From assembly GCF_003334405.1 (NCBI RefSeq), contig NZ_QOWM01000001.1: DNA of 64,000 bases; one strand, 5' to 3'. The notes under the pieces are model-generated. The model worked only from the letters and a program-made list of their open reading frames with translations. It ran no database searches and was not told the DNA's origin. Both the position numbers and the translations under genes were made by a program. This DNA is from Escherichia coli. GTDB taxonomy: Bacteria; Pseudomonadota; Gammaproteobacteria; Enterobacterales; Enterobacteriaceae. Shown in pieces: positions 52,214 through 62,973 of the stretch. Positions within the stretch are counted from its first letter, which is position 1. Each line of letters starts with the position of its first letter.

Positions 52214-54067
52214 ATGAGACGATTTCTGACGACGCTGATGATACTCCTGGTCGTGCTGGTGGCCGGGTTATCTGCGTTAGTGTTGCTGGTGAATCCGAAT
52301 GATTTCCGCGACTATATGGTCAAGCAAGTTGCTGCACGTAGCGGTTATCAATTGCAGCTCGACGGGCCACTGCGTTGGCACGTCTGGCCGCAGCTTAGTA
52401 TCCTCTCCGGGCGAATGTCTCTCACCGCCCAGGGCGCAAGCCAGCCACTGGTTCGCGCCGACAACATGCGTCTGGACGTGGCGCTTTTACCACTACTGAG
52501 TCATCAACTGAGCGTTAAGCAGGTGATGCTAAAAGGGGCAGTGATCCAACTGACGCCGCAGACGGAAGCGGTGCGCAGTGAAGACGCTCCGGTTGCACCG
52601 CGCGACAATACCTTGCCGGATCTGTCAGACGATCGCGGATGGTCGTTTGATATATCCAGTCTTAAGGTGGCGGACAGCGTGCTGGTGTTCCAGCATGAAG
52701 ATGACGAGCAGGTGACAATCCGCAATATCCGCCTGCAAATGGAACAAGATCCCCAACATCGTGGCTCATTTGAGTTCTCCGGGCGGGTTAATCGCGATCA
52801 GCGCGATCTCACAATATCCCTTAACGGTACGGTAGATGCTTCTGATTATCCGCATGATTTAACGGCGGCTATTGAACAAATTAACTGGCAGTTGCAGGGT
52901 GCCGATTTACCAAAACAAGGTATTCAGGGGCAGGGGAGTTTCCAGGCCCAGTGGCAGGAGTCACATAAACGCCTTTCATTTAACCAAATCAGCTTGACCG
53001 CCAATGACAGTACGCTGAGCGGGCAAGCACAGGTCACGCTGACAGAGAAACCGGAATGGCAGCTGAGACTGCAATTCCCGCAACTGAATCTTGACAACCT
53101 CATCCCGCTTAATGAAACCGCGAATGGTGAAAACGGTGCCGCGCAGCAGGGGCAGAGCCAATCAACGTTGCCGCGCCCGGTCATTTCTTCGCGTATTGAT
53201 GAACCGGCCTATCAGGGACTGCAAGGCTTTACGGCTGATATTTTGTTGCAGGCCAGTAACGTGCGCTGGCGCGGAATGAATTTTACAGATGTTGCCACGC
53301 AAATGACCAACAAGTCGGGTTTGCTGGAAATTACTCAACTGCAGGGCAAACTTAACGGTGGACAGGTTTCACTGCCGGGCACGCTGGACGCGACATCAAT
53401 AAATCCGCGGATAAACTTCCAGCCACGGCTGGAAAACGTTGAGATTGGTACCATTCTGAAGGCGTTTAACTATCCGATTTCGTTGACCGGAAAAATGTCA
53501 CTGGCTGGTGATTTCTCCGGTGCTGACATAGATGCCGACGCATTCCGCCACAACTGGCAAGGACAGGCACATGTCGAAATGACCGACACGCGCATGGAAG
53601 GGATGAACTTCCAGCAGATGATTCAGCAAGCGGTAGAGCGTAATGGCGGTGATGTGAAGGCCGCTGAAAACTTTGATAACGTGACGCGGCTTGACCGCTT
53701 TACCACCGATTTGACGTTGAAGGATGGCGTCGTGACGTTAAACGACATGCAAGGTCAATCGCCTGTGCTGGCGCTGACAGGGGAAGGCATGTTGAATCTG
53801 GCAGATCAAACCTGCGACACCCAGTTTGATATTCGGGTCGTGGGTGGCTGGAACGGGGAAAGCAAACTGATTGATTTCCTCAAAGAAACGCCAGTACCGC
53901 TGCGGGTTTATGGCAACTGGCAGCAACTCAATTACAGTCTGCAAGTGGATCAGTTACTGCGCAAACATCTACAGGACGAAGCGAAACGTCGCCTGAATGA
54001 CTGGGCCGAGCGGAATAAAGATTCCCGCAATGGCAAAGATGTGAAGAAGTTGCTGGAGAAGATGTAG
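52214..54067 (+). CDS. asmA: AsmA-family outer-membrane assembly protein
   Basis: 617 aa; N-terminal membrane anchor MRRFLTTLMILLVVLVAGLSALVLL. Confidence 0.93.
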   Translation: MRRFLTTLMILLVVLVAGLSALVLLVNPNDFRDYMVKQVAARSGYQLQLDGPLRWHVWPQLSILSGRMSLTAQGASQPLVRADNMRLDVALLPLLSHQLSVKQVMLKGAVIQLTPQTEAVRSEDAPVAPRDNTLPDLSDDRGWSFDISSLKVADSVLVFQHEDDEQVTIRNIRLQMEQDPQHRGSFEFSGRVNRDQRDLTISLNGTVDASDYPHDLTAAIEQINWQLQGADLPKQGIQGQGSFQAQWQESHKRLSFNQISLTANDSTLSGQAQVTLTEKPEWQLRLQFPQLNLDNLIPLNETANGENGAAQQGQSQSTLPRPVISSRIDEPAYQGLQGFTADILLQASNVRWRGMNFTDVATQMTNKSGLLEITQLQGKLNGGQVSLPGTLDATSINPRINFQPRLENVEIGTILKAFNYPISLTGKMSLAGDFSGADIDADAFRHNWQGQAHVEMTDTRMEGMNFQQMIQQAVERNGGDVKAAENFDNVTRLDRFTTDLTLKDGVVTLNDMQGQSPVLALTGEGMLNLADQTCDTQFDIRVVGGWNGESKLIDFLKETPVPLRVYGNWQQLNYSLQVDQLLRKHLQDEAKRRLNDWAERNKDSRNGKDVKKLLEKM

Positions 54068-54087
54068 GTTACCAGGTGACCTGTCCT

Positions 54088-54125
54088 GTAGGCCTGATAA
54101 GACGCGTAAAGCGTCGCATCAGGCG
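54088..54125. repeat. REP element after asmA
   Basis: gtaggcctgataagacgcgtaaagcgtcgcatcaggcg. Confidence 0.75.
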
Positions 54126-54340
54126 TTCGCGGCGGCACCATTATATTCTGAATATGTAAGATCGAAGGCTGTTCCGTTCACTTGATGTTCCTCACTACTA
54201 TGGAACGCTCAAGCCGGTGAACGTGCCAGGGTGGCTCAATCGCCACCACCCTGGCAACCCGGGCTCCCGGCGGTAAATCGCCGCTGGCGCGGTTCCCTCA
54301 TCTTATTCCTTTCGGCTATCGGGTAAAATGACCGATACCA

Positions 54341-55924
54341 TCACACCTCGTACTTCAACTCGCCATCCTTATGCAGCGGAATAATCTGCACCTTCTGCAC
54401 GCGATGGCTTTCCACCTGCAACGTTTTAAGCAAATAATCCCCCACCTGAACTTCTTCGCCAGGTTTTGGAATACGCTGTAAATATTCCATCAACAGCCCG
54501 GCAATGGTGTGATATTCACGTTTTTCATCCAGCGGCAGCGGCACATATTGCACCAGATCTTCCAGCGGCATATGACCATTCGCCGTCCAGGAACCGTCCG
54601 CATTCTTCTGAATATCATGGCGGGCGTCGATCTCTTCCACTTCGTTCGGTAAGTTACCGGCAATGGTTTCAGTGACGTCACTTAATGTCACAATCCCTTC
54701 CACCGAGCCAAACTCATCCACCACAAAAGCAAAGTGTGTGCGGGCATTACGGAACTGCTCCAGGGCAGGTAACAACGGCAAGGTTTCCGGGAACACCAGC
54801 GGCTGGCGAATCAACACCCGCAGGTTGAGCGGTTCGCCGCGCAGTGACTGTTGTAGCAGGTCGATAACGTGAACAACACCGAGCAAATCTTCTGCGTCAT
54901 CACCGTCGGTAACCACCAGCCGCGTATGCTGATTTCGCTCCAGCAACTGGCGGATTTCTTCTTCCGGCGCGTTGAGATCGATATGCTCAATATCGTGGCG
55001 CGACGTCATAATGCTGCTGACAGTACGCTGGTTAAGATTAAGTACCCGCTCAATCATCCGCCGTTCCTGCGGATTAAAGATCTGCTGGTTACCATGATCG
55101 ACCAGCATGGACGCGGTTTCGGCGTCCAGTTCCGCATCTTCTTTTTGCCCGCTAAGCAGGCGCATTACCGCTTCGGTAGTCCGCTGGCGTAGCGTCTGGT
55201 TAGCGGAAAGAAAACGTCGCCGGTTAAAGATAGCCAACTGATTGAGCGCCTCGATCATCACCGAGAAACCAATGGCAGCGTACAGGTAGCCTTTCGGAAT
55301 GACGAAGCCGAAACCTTCTGCCACCAGGCTAAAGCCAATCATCAACAGGAAGCTTAAGCAGAGAATAACGATGGTCGGGTGGCTATTAACGAACTGGGTT
55401 AACGGCTTGCTGGCCATCAACATCAGGCTGATAGCGATAACCACGGCGGCCATCATGACCAGTAAATGGTCGACCATCCCGACGGCGGTAATCACTGAGT
55501 CGAGTGAGAAAATGGCGTCCAGCACCACAATTTGCGTCACCACGCCCCAGAACTTCGCACCTTTGCGTTGTGTGGGATTATTGCTGTCTTTCCCTTCCAG
55601 CCGTTCGTTCAGCTCCATCGTGGCTTTGAACAACAGGAAGAAACCACCAAACAGCATGATTAAGTCGCGGGCGCTAAAGGTAAACGAGCGGAAGCTGAAC
55701 AGCGGTTGAGTCAGGGTGACCAGCCAGGAGATTGACGCCAGCAGTAACAGGCGCATTAACATCGCCAGCAGCAGCCCGGTAACCCGTGCGCGGTCGCGCT
55801 GCTTCGGCGGTAGTTTTTCGGCGAGGATGGCAATAAAGACCAGGTTATCAATGCCGAGGACCAGTTCGATCACAATCAGCGTGATTAACCCGGCCCAGAT
55901 AGACGGATCGGCAATCCATTCCAT
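54341..55924 (-). CDS. yegH: TerC-family membrane protein with CBS and CorC/HlyC domains
   Basis: ORF 54341..55990; product from [35 protein letters not shown]... (TerC-type TM region) with C-terminal CBS pair. Confidence 0.9.
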   Translation of the reverse strand: MEWIADPSIWAGLITLIVIELVLGIDNLVFIAILAEKLPPKQRDRARVTGLLLAMLMRLLLLASISWLVTLTQPLFSFRSFTFSARDLIMLFGGFFLLFKATMELNERLEGKDSNNPTQRKGAKFWGVVTQIVVLDAIFSLDSVITAVGMVDHLLVMMAAVVIAISLMLMASKPLTQFVNSHPTIVILCLSFLLMIGFSLVAEGFGFVIPKGYLYAAIGFSVMIEALNQLAIFNRRRFLSANQTLRQRTTEAVMRLLSGQKEDAELDAETASMLVDHGNQQIFNPQERRMIERVLNLNQRTVSSIMTSRHDIEHIDLNAPEEEIRQLLERNQHTRLVVTDGDDAEDLLGVVHVIDLLQQSLRGEPLNLRVLIRQPLVFPETLPLLPALEQFRNARTHFAFVVDEFGSVEGIVTLSDVTETIAGNLPNEVEEIDARHDIQKNADGSWTANGHMPLEDLVQYVPLPLDEKREYHTIAGLLMEYLQRIPKPGEEVQVGDYLLKTLQVESHRVQKVQIIPLHKDGELKYEV

Positions 55925-56392
55925 AGTAAGTACAAAACCTATTCGTTGTATGACAAATGTCACAATTCGATCATGGATAAATCGGGGCAAAAATGCAATG
56001 TTGCAGCACTATTTATCTCATATTATTTGAGGGTAATAACCTTACATTATCCCTGAATTAAAAGTAGTAATAATAAAACATTATTTAAGAAATATCGCAT
56101 GTGGAGACGCAATATTAAATATTGTCAACCTAAAGAAACTCCTAAAAACCATATTGAATGACACTTAATATAATTCTTAAAAATAGCCAATTGCCGAATT
56201 GTTACCTTGCCTGCTATTCCGTTAGCTGTAACACTTCCTCCTGCATTATTGGAGAGCCAATATTCAATTACCATAATGTCACCTTATATTCGGAAGTTAA
56301 TTTCCGCAATAACCCTTTCTCATCAACAATTGTATGCAGAGAGGGTTTGAAAAATTAAGCTAAATCAGTGTATTGGTAGCTAAAAAGCCAGG

Positions 56393-56404
56393 GGCGGTAG
56401 CGTG
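56393..56404 (+). promoter_or_regulatory. ops element (RfaH recruitment site) within the JUMPstart of the colanic acid operon leader
   Basis: ggcggtagcgtg, exact ops consensus, about 180 bp upstream of the wza start. Confidence 0.85.
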
Positions 56405-56582
56405 TCTGGATGCCTGAAAGACCAGTCTGAATTATTCTGTCAATAGCCTGCGGATGAAATCAATTTTTTTAGGACTGATGCCAGTTAAATTTTTATTCAA
56501 TTAACTGCAAGGTAAATGTGCATGGCGACATTGCTATTAATAGTGCACAGGATAATTACTCTGCCAAAGTGATAAATAAACA

Positions 56583-57722
56583 ATGATGAAATCCAAAATG
56601 AAATTGATGCCATTATTGGTGTCAGTAACCTTGATAAGCGGTTGCACAGTACTTCCGGGCAGCAATATGTCGACGATGGGCAAAGACGTCATCAAACAGC
56701 AGGACGCTGATTTCGATCTCGACAAAATGGTGAATGTTTATCCGCTGACCCCGCGCCTGATTGACCAATTACGCCCACGCCCGAATGTAGCGCGCCCCAA
56801 TATGACGCTGGAAAGCGAGATCGCGAATTACCAGTATCGCGTCGGGCCGGGGGACGTTCTTAATGTCACCGTCTGGGATCACCCGGAACTCACCACGCCA
56901 GCCGGTCAGTACCGCAGTTCCAGCGACACCGGCAACTGGGTACAGCCTGACGGCACTATGTTTTACCCGTATATCGGCAAGGTTCACGTAGTTGGGAAAA
57001 CGCTCGCTGAAATCCGCAGTGATATTACCGGGCGCTTAGCGACGTACATCGCTGACCCGCAGGTGGACGTTAATATCGCCGCCTTCCGCTCACAAAAGGC
57101 CTATATCTCCGGACAGGTGAATAAATCCGGCCAACAGGCGATCACCAACGTGCCACTGACCATTCTCGACGCCATCAACGCCGCAGGTGGCCTGACCGAC
57201 ACCGCTGACTGGCGCAACGTGGTGTTAACACACAATGGTCGTGAAGAACGCATTTCTTTGCAGGCGCTGATGCAAAACGGCGACCTCAATCAGAACCGAC
57301 TGCTTTACCCCGGCGATATTCTCTATGTGCCGCGTAATGATGATCTGAAAGTATTTGTGATGGGTGAAGTGAAGAAACAGAGCACCCTGAAAATGGACTT
57401 TAGCGGCATGACCCTGACTGAAGCTCTGGGCAATGCCGAAGGTATCGACATGACCACCTCCAACGCCAGCGGCATCTTTGTCATTCGTCCGCTGAAAGGC
57501 GAGGGCGGGCGTAACGGCAAGATTGCCAATATCTACCAGCTGGATATGTCCGATGCGACGTCGCTGGTGATGGCGACAGAATTCCGCCTGCAACCTTATG
57601 ACGTGGTGTATGTCACCACCGCCCCGGTTTCCCGCTGGAACCGTCTGATCAATCAGTTGCTGCCAACTATTAGCGGTGTCCGTTACATGACGGATACAGC
57701 CAGCGACATTCATAACTGGTAA
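56583..57722 (+). CDS. wza: outer-membrane polysaccharide export lipoprotein Wza
   Basis: 379 aa [21 protein letters not shown] (lipobox)... Confidence 0.95.
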   Translation: MMKSKMKLMPLLVSVTLISGCTVLPGSNMSTMGKDVIKQQDADFDLDKMVNVYPLTPRLIDQLRPRPNVARPNMTLESEIANYQYRVGPGDVLNVTVWDHPELTTPAGQYRSSSDTGNWVQPDGTMFYPYIGKVHVVGKTLAEIRSDITGRLATYIADPQVDVNIAAFRSQKAYISGQVNKSGQQAITNVPLTILDAINAAGGLTDTADWRNVVLTHNGREERISLQALMQNGDLNQNRLLYPGDILYVPRNDDLKVFVMGEVKKQSTLKMDFSGMTLTEALGNAEGIDMTTSNASGIFVIRPLKGEGGRNGKIANIYQLDMSDATSLVMATEFRLQPYDVVYVTTAPVSRWNRLINQLLPTISGVRYMTDTASDIHNW

Positions 57723-57727
57723 TCGTC

Positions 57728-58171
57728 ATGTTTAACAACATCTTAGTTGTCTGTGTCGGCAATATTTGCCGTTCCCCGACGGCGGAACGCTTACTGCAAC
57801 GTTATCACCCGGAGCTGAAAGTGGAGTCCGCTGGACTCGGCGCGCTGGTCGGTAAGGGCGCTGATCCTACCGCTATCAGCGTCGCCGCAGAACATCAACT
57901 GTCTCTGGAAGGTCACTGTGCACGGCAAATCAGCCGCCGCCTGTGTCGCAACTATGACCTGATTTTGACCATGGAAAAGCGCCATATCGAACGCTTATGC
58001 GAGATGGCACCTGAGATGCGCGGCAAAGTGATGCTGTTTGGTCACTGGGATAACGAATGTGAAATCCCCGATCCGTATCGCAAAAGCCGGGAAACGTTTG
58101 CAGCGGTGTACACATTACTTGAACGGTCTGCCCGCCAGTGGGCGCAGGCATTGAACGCAGAGCAGGTATAA
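57728..58171 (+). CDS. wzb: low-molecular-weight protein-tyrosine phosphatase Wzb
   Basis: 147 aa; CVGNICRSP (CX5R) active-site motif. Confidence 0.95.
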   Translation: MFNNILVVCVGNICRSPTAERLLQRYHPELKVESAGLGALVGKGADPTAISVAAEHQLSLEGHCARQISRRLCRNYDLILTMEKRHIERLCEMAPEMRGKVMLFGHWDNECEIPDPYRKSRETFAAVYTLLERSARQWAQALNAEQV

Positions 58172-58173
58172 GA

Positions 58174-60336
58174 ATGACAGAAAAAGTAAAACAACATGCC
58201 GCTCCGGTAACGGGCAGTGATGAAATCGATATTGGTCGCCTGGTCGGCACCGTCATTGAAGCGCGCTGGTGGGTGATTGGCATCACCGCTGTATTTGCCC
58301 TCTGTGCCGTGGTTTACACCTTCTTCGCCACGCCGATTTATAGTGCCGACGCACTGGTACAAATCGAGCAAAACAGCGGCAATTCGTTAGTGCAGGACAT
58401 TGGTTCGGCATTAGCCAACAAACCGCCTGCATCGGACGCCGAGATCCAGTTGATTCGTTCGCGTCTGGTGCTTGGTAAAACGGTGGACGATCTCGACCTC
58501 GATATTGCGGTGAGCAAAAACACGTTCCCGATTTTCGGTGCGGGCTGGGATCGTTTGATGGGACGTCAGAACGAGACGGTGAAAGTGACCACCTTTAACC
58601 GCCCGAAAGAGATGGCGGACCAGGTGTTTACGCTTAATGTGCTGGACAATAAAAACTACACCCTGAGCAGTGATGGCGGCTTTAGCGCCCGTGGGCAAGC
58701 GGGCCAGATGCTGAAAAAAGAAGGCGTCACGCTGATGGTTGAAGCCATTCACGCCCGCCCGGGCAGTGAGTTTACCGTCACCAAATACTCCACGTTGGGG
58801 ATGATCAACCAACTGCAAAACAGCCTGACGGTAACGGAGAACGGCAAAGACGCTGGCGTACTGAGCCTGACTTATACCGGTGAAGATCGCGAACAGATCC
58901 GCGACATTCTTAACAGTATCGCTCGTAACTATCAGGAACAAAATATTGAGCGCAAATCGGCGGAAGCGTCGAAAAGCCTCGCCTTCCTCGCGCAACAGTT
59001 ACCGGAAGTACGTAGCCGCCTTGATGTTGCCGAAAACAAACTGAATGCCTTCCGTCAGGATAAAGATTCTGTTGATCTGCCGCTGGAAGCAAAAGCGGTG
59101 CTCGATTCGATGGTGAACATCGACGCGCAGTTGAACGAACTGACCTTTAAAGAAGCGGAAATCTCCAAGCTGTACACCAAAGTTCACCCGGCGTACCGCA
59201 CGCTGCTGGAGAAACGGCAGGCGCTGGAAGACGAAAAAGCCAAACTTAACGGTCGCGTAACGGCGATGCCGAAAACCCAGCAGGAAATTGTCCGTCTGAC
59301 CCGCGATGTCGAGTCTGGTCAACAGGTCTATATGCAACTGCTGAATAAAGAGCAGGAGCTGAAAATCACCGAAGCCAGCACCGTCGGCGATGTGCGCATT
59401 GTTGACCCGGCAATCACCCAGCCTGGCGTGCTAAAACCGAAGAAAGGGCTGATTATCCTCGGCGCGATTATCCTCGGCCTGATGCTCTCTATCGTGGGTG
59501 TGCTGCTGCGCTCGTTGTTTAATCGCGGTATCGAAAGCCCACAGGTGCTGGAAGAACACGGAATCAGCGTCTATGCCAGCATCCCGCTGTCGGAGTGGCA
59601 GAAAGCGCGCGATAGCGTCAAAACTATCAAAGGGATTAAACGCTATAAACAGAGCCAGCTACTGGCGGTGGGGAATCCAACCGATCTGGCGATTGAAGCC
59701 ATCCGTAGTCTGCGTACCAGTTTGCACTTCGCGATGATGCAGGCGCAGAACAATGTGTTGATGATGACCGGGGTTAGCCCGTCAATCGGTAAAACCTTTG
59801 TCTGCGCCAACCTGGCGGCGGTGATCAGTCAGACCAATAAACGGGTGTTGTTGATCGACTGCGATATGCGCAAAGGCTACACCCACGAGCTGTTGGGCAC
59901 CAATAACGTCAATGGCCTGTCGGAAATTCTGATTGGTCAGGGCGATATTACTACCGCTGCTAAACCGACCTCTATTGCCAAATTTGACCTGATCCCGCGC
60001 GGTCAGGTGCCGCCAAATCCTTCTGAACTGTTGATGAGCGAACGCTTTGCCGAACTGGTGAACTGGGGGAGTAAAAACTACGACCTGGTGTTGATTGATA
60101 CGCCGCCGATTCTGGCAGTGACCGATGCGGCAATTGTTGGTCGTCATGTCGGAACCACGTTAATGGTGGCGCGTTATGCGGTCAACACATTGAAAGAAGT
60201 GGAAACCAGTCTGAGCCGCTTTGAGCAAAACGGTATTCCGGTGAAAGGGGTGATTCTGAACTCCATCTTCCGCCGCGCCAGCGCGTATCAGGATTATGGC
60301 TATTACGAATACGAATATAAGTCGGATGCGAAATAA
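58174..60336 (+). CDS. wzc: tyrosine autokinase / polysaccharide co-polymerase Wzc
   Basis: ORF 58138..60336; product from MTEKVKQHAAPVTGSDEIDIGRLVG...; Walker A GVSPSIGKT; C-terminal Tyr cluster YQDYGYYEYEY. Confidence 0.95.
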   Translation: MTEKVKQHAAPVTGSDEIDIGRLVGTVIEARWWVIGITAVFALCAVVYTFFATPIYSADALVQIEQNSGNSLVQDIGSALANKPPASDAEIQLIRSRLVLGKTVDDLDLDIAVSKNTFPIFGAGWDRLMGRQNETVKVTTFNRPKEMADQVFTLNVLDNKNYTLSSDGGFSARGQAGQMLKKEGVTLMVEAIHARPGSEFTVTKYSTLGMINQLQNSLTVTENGKDAGVLSLTYTGEDREQIRDILNSIARNYQEQNIERKSAEASKSLAFLAQQLPEVRSRLDVAENKLNAFRQDKDSVDLPLEAKAVLDSMVNIDAQLNELTFKEAEISKLYTKVHPAYRTLLEKRQALEDEKAKLNGRVTAMPKTQQEIVRLTRDVESGQQVYMQLLNKEQELKITEASTVGDVRIVDPAITQPGVLKPKKGLIILGAIILGLMLSIVGVLLRSLFNRGIESPQVLEEHGISVYASIPLSEWQKARDSVKTIKGIKRYKQSQLLAVGNPTDLAIEAIRSLRTSLHFAMMQAQNNVLMMTGVSPSIGKTFVCANLAAVISQTNKRVLLIDCDMRKGYTHELLGTNNVNGLSEILIGQGDITTAAKPTSIAKFDLIPRGQVPPNPSELLMSERFAELVNWGSKNYDLVLIDTPPILAVTDAAIVGRHVGTTLMVARYAVNTLKEVETSLSRFEQNGIPVKGVILNSIFRRASAYQDYGYYEYEYKSDAK

Positions 60337-60340
60337 CGAC

Positions 60341-60398
60341 GCCTGCATTCGCACCGCCCCGTAGGCCGGATAAGCCGCTCACGCCGCATCCGGCAAGC
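60341..60398. repeat. REP elements between wzc and wcaA
   Basis: gcctgcattcgcaccgccccgtaggccggataagccgctcacgccgcatccggcaagc. Confidence 0.75.
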
Positions 60399-60428
60399 AA
60401 ACCAGCTCATAAGCCGGGAGAACAACCT

Positions 60429-61268
60429 ATGAAAGACAATCCGCTGATCTCAATCTATATGCCGACCTGGAACCGCCAACAACTGGCGATTCGGGCGATA
60501 AAATCGGTTCTGCGCCAGGACTACAACAACTGGGAGATGATCATCGTGGATGATTGCTCCACCTCCTGGGAACAACTGCAACAATACGTCACCGCCCTCA
60601 ACGATCCGCGTATTACCTACATTCACAACGACATTAACAGCGGAGCGTGCGCGGTACGTAACCAGGCAATTATGCTGGCGCAAGGGGAATACATCACCGG
60701 GATCGATGATGATGATGAATGGACACCCAACCGCCTGAGCGTCTTCCTCGCCCATAAACAGCAACTGGTCACACACGCCTTTTTGTACGCTAACGACTAC
60801 GTTTGCCAGGGCGAAGTTTATTCCCAACCGGCAAGCCTGCCGCTGTATCCCAAATCGCCGTATTCACGCCGCCTGTTCTACAAACGCAATATCATTGGCA
60901 ACCAGGTCTTTACCTGGGCATGGCGTTTCAAAGAGTGCTTGTTTGATACCGAACTGAAAGCGGCACAGGATTACGACATCTTCCTGCGGATGGTGGTGGA
61001 GTACGGCGAACCGTGGAAAGTGGAAGAGGCGACGCAGATCCTGCATATCAATCACGGCGAAATGCAGATCACCTCGTCACCGAAAAAATTCTCCGGATAC
61101 TTCCACTTTTACCGCAAGCACAAAGACAAATTCGACCGTGCCAGCAAAAAATATCAGCTGTTTACCCTCTACCAGATCCGCAATAAACGTATGACCTGGC
61201 GCACTTTGCTGACGCTGCTGTCGGTGCGTAACGGCAAACGTCTGGCTGATGGTATTCGGGGGCGCTAA
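60429..61268 (+). CDS. wcaA: colanic acid biosynthesis glycosyltransferase (GT2)
   Basis: 279 aa MKDNPLISIYMPTWNRQQLAIRAIKSVLRQ..., GT2 family with DxD-type region. Confidence 0.93.
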   Translation: MKDNPLISIYMPTWNRQQLAIRAIKSVLRQDYNNWEMIIVDDCSTSWEQLQQYVTALNDPRITYIHNDINSGACAVRNQAIMLAQGEYITGIDDDDEWTPNRLSVFLAHKQQLVTHAFLYANDYVCQGEVYSQPASLPLYPKSPYSRRLFYKRNIIGNQVFTWAWRFKECLFDTELKAAQDYDIFLRMVVEYGEPWKVEEATQILHINHGEMQITSSPKKFSGYFHFYRKHKDKFDRASKKYQLFTLYQIRNKRMTWRTLLTLLSVRNGKRLADGIRGR

Positions 61269-61270
61269 AG

Positions 61271-61759
61271 ATGCTGGAAGATCTGCGCGCCAACAGCTGG
61301 AGTTTACGCCCGTGCTGCATGGTGCTTGCCTATCGCGTCGCCCATTTTTGTTCAGTGTGGCGCAAAAAGAACGTTCTCAACAATCTGTGGGCGGCTCCGC
61401 TGCTGGTGCTGTATCGCATTATCACCGAATGCTTTTTCGGTTATGAAATCCAGGCCGCCGCGACCATTGGCCGCCGCTTTACTATCCATCACGGTTACGC
61501 CGTAGTGATCAATAAAAACGTGGTAGCGGGGGATGATTTCACCATTCGCCACGGCGTCACTATCGGCAATCGTGGTGCCGATAACATGGCATGTCCACAC
61601 ATTGGCAACGGCGTCGAACTCGGTGCCAACGTCATTATTCTTGGTGATATCACGATTGGTAACAACGTCACCGTGGGCGCGGGCAGCGTGGTGCTCGACT
61701 CTGTCCCGGACAACGCGCTGGTGGTGGGAGAAAAAGCGCGAGTGAAGGTAATTAAATGA
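61271..61759 (+). CDS. wcaB: colanic acid biosynthesis acetyltransferase (hexapeptide repeat)
   Basis: 162 aa; left-handed beta-helix hexapeptide repeats (IGNRGADN..., IGNNVTVGAGSVV). Confidence 0.93.
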   Translation: MLEDLRANSWSLRPCCMVLAYRVAHFCSVWRKKNVLNNLWAAPLLVLYRIITECFFGYEIQAAATIGRRFTIHHGYAVVINKNVVAGDDFTIRHGVTIGNRGADNMACPHIGNGVELGANVIILGDITIGNNVTVGAGSVVLDSVPDNALVVGEKARVKVIK

Positions 61760-62973
61760 ATATTCTGCAATTTAATGTGCGACTGGCGGAAGGCGGGGCA
61801 GCAGGTGTGGCGTTAGATCTCCACCAGCGCGCGCTGCAACAGGGGCTGGCGTCACATTTTGTCTACGGCTACGGCAAAGGCGGCAAAGAGAGCGTCAGCC
61901 ATCAGAACTATCCGCAGGTCATCAAACATACGCCGCGGATGACCGCGATGGCGAACATTGCGTTGTTTCGTCTGTTTAATCGCGATCTGTTTGGCAATTT
62001 CAATGAGTTATATCGCACTATTACCCGCACACCGGGTCCGGTGGTCCTGCATTTTCATGTGCTGCACAGCTACTGGTTGAATCTTAACAGCGTGGTGCGC
62101 TTTTGCGAAAAAGTGAAAAACCACAAACCGGATATCACACTGGTCTGGACGCTGCACGACCACTGGAGCGTTACCGGACGCTGCGCCTTTACCGACGGTT
62201 GCGAAGGCTGGAAAACAGGCTGCCGGAAATGCCCGACCTTAAATAATTATCCGCCGGTGAAGATTGATCGCGCGCACCAGCTGGTGGCGGGCAAACGCCA
62301 GTTAGTCCGTGAGATGCTGGCGCTGGGCTGTCAGTTTATTTCCCCCAGCCAGCATGTGGCTGACGCTTTCAATAGCCTGTACGGGCCAGGGCGTTGCCGG
62401 ATTATCAATAATGGCATTGATATGGCAACCGAAGCGATTCTGGCGGATCTGCCTCCGGTGCGCGAAACTCAGGGCAAGCCGAAAATCGCGGTGGTGGCGC
62501 ATGACCTGCGTTACGACGGCAAAACTAACCAGCAACTGGTGCGCGAGATGATGGCGCTGGGCGACAAAATCGAACTGCATACCTTTGGTAAGTTCTCGCC
62601 GTTCACCGCTGGTAACGTGGTTAATCACGGCTTTGAAACCGACAAGCGTAAGTTGATGAGCGCGCTCAATCAGATGGATGCGCTGGTGTTCAGTTCTCGC
62701 GTCGATAACTACCCGCTGATTTTGTGTGAGGCGTTATCAATTGGTGTACCGGTAATAGCCACCCATAGCGATGCGGCGCGTGAAGTGCTGCAAAAATCCG
62801 GCGGTAAAACCGTCAGCGAAGAAGAGGTGCTCAAACTGGTGCAGTTAAGCAAACCGGAAATCGCGCAGGCGGTATTTGGTACCACGCTGGCTGAGTTCAG
62901 CCAACGCAGCCGCGCCGCCTACAGTGGACAACAGATGCTGGAGGAGTATGTCAACTTCTATCAGAATCTGTAG
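61756..62973 (+). CDS. wcaC: colanic acid biosynthesis glycosyltransferase (GT1/GT4)
   Basis: 405 aa MNILQFNVRLAEGGAAGVALDLHQRALQQGL... Confidence 0.93.
   Translation: MNILQFNVRLAEGGAAGVALDLHQRALQQGLASHFVYGYGKGGKESVSHQNYPQVIKHTPRMTAMANIALFRLFNRDLFGNFNELYRTITRTPGPVVLHFHVLHSYWLNLNSVVRFCEKVKNHKPDITLVWTLHDHWSVTGRCAFTDGCEGWKTGCRKCPTLNNYPPVKIDRAHQLVAGKRQLVREMLALGCQFISPSQHVADAFNSLYGPGRCRIINNGIDMATEAILADLPPVRETQGKPKIAVVAHDLRYDGKTNQQLVREMMALGDKIELHTFGKFSPFTAGNVVNHGFETDKRKLMSALNQMDALVFSSRVDNYPLILCEALSIGVPVIATHSDAAREVLQKSGGKTVSEEEVLKLVQLSKPEIAQAVFGTTLAEFSQRSRAAYSGQQMLEEYVNFYQNL

Noticed and set aside
56158-56358. 66 aa ORF in the wza leader
   Set aside because: Within the known long untranslated cps leader upstream of the ops element; no RBS and low-complexity composition.
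58411-58995. 194 aa ORF on the - strand
   Set aside because: Antisense within wzc; the wzc frame carries Walker A and C-terminal tyrosine-cluster motifs, the antisense frame has none.
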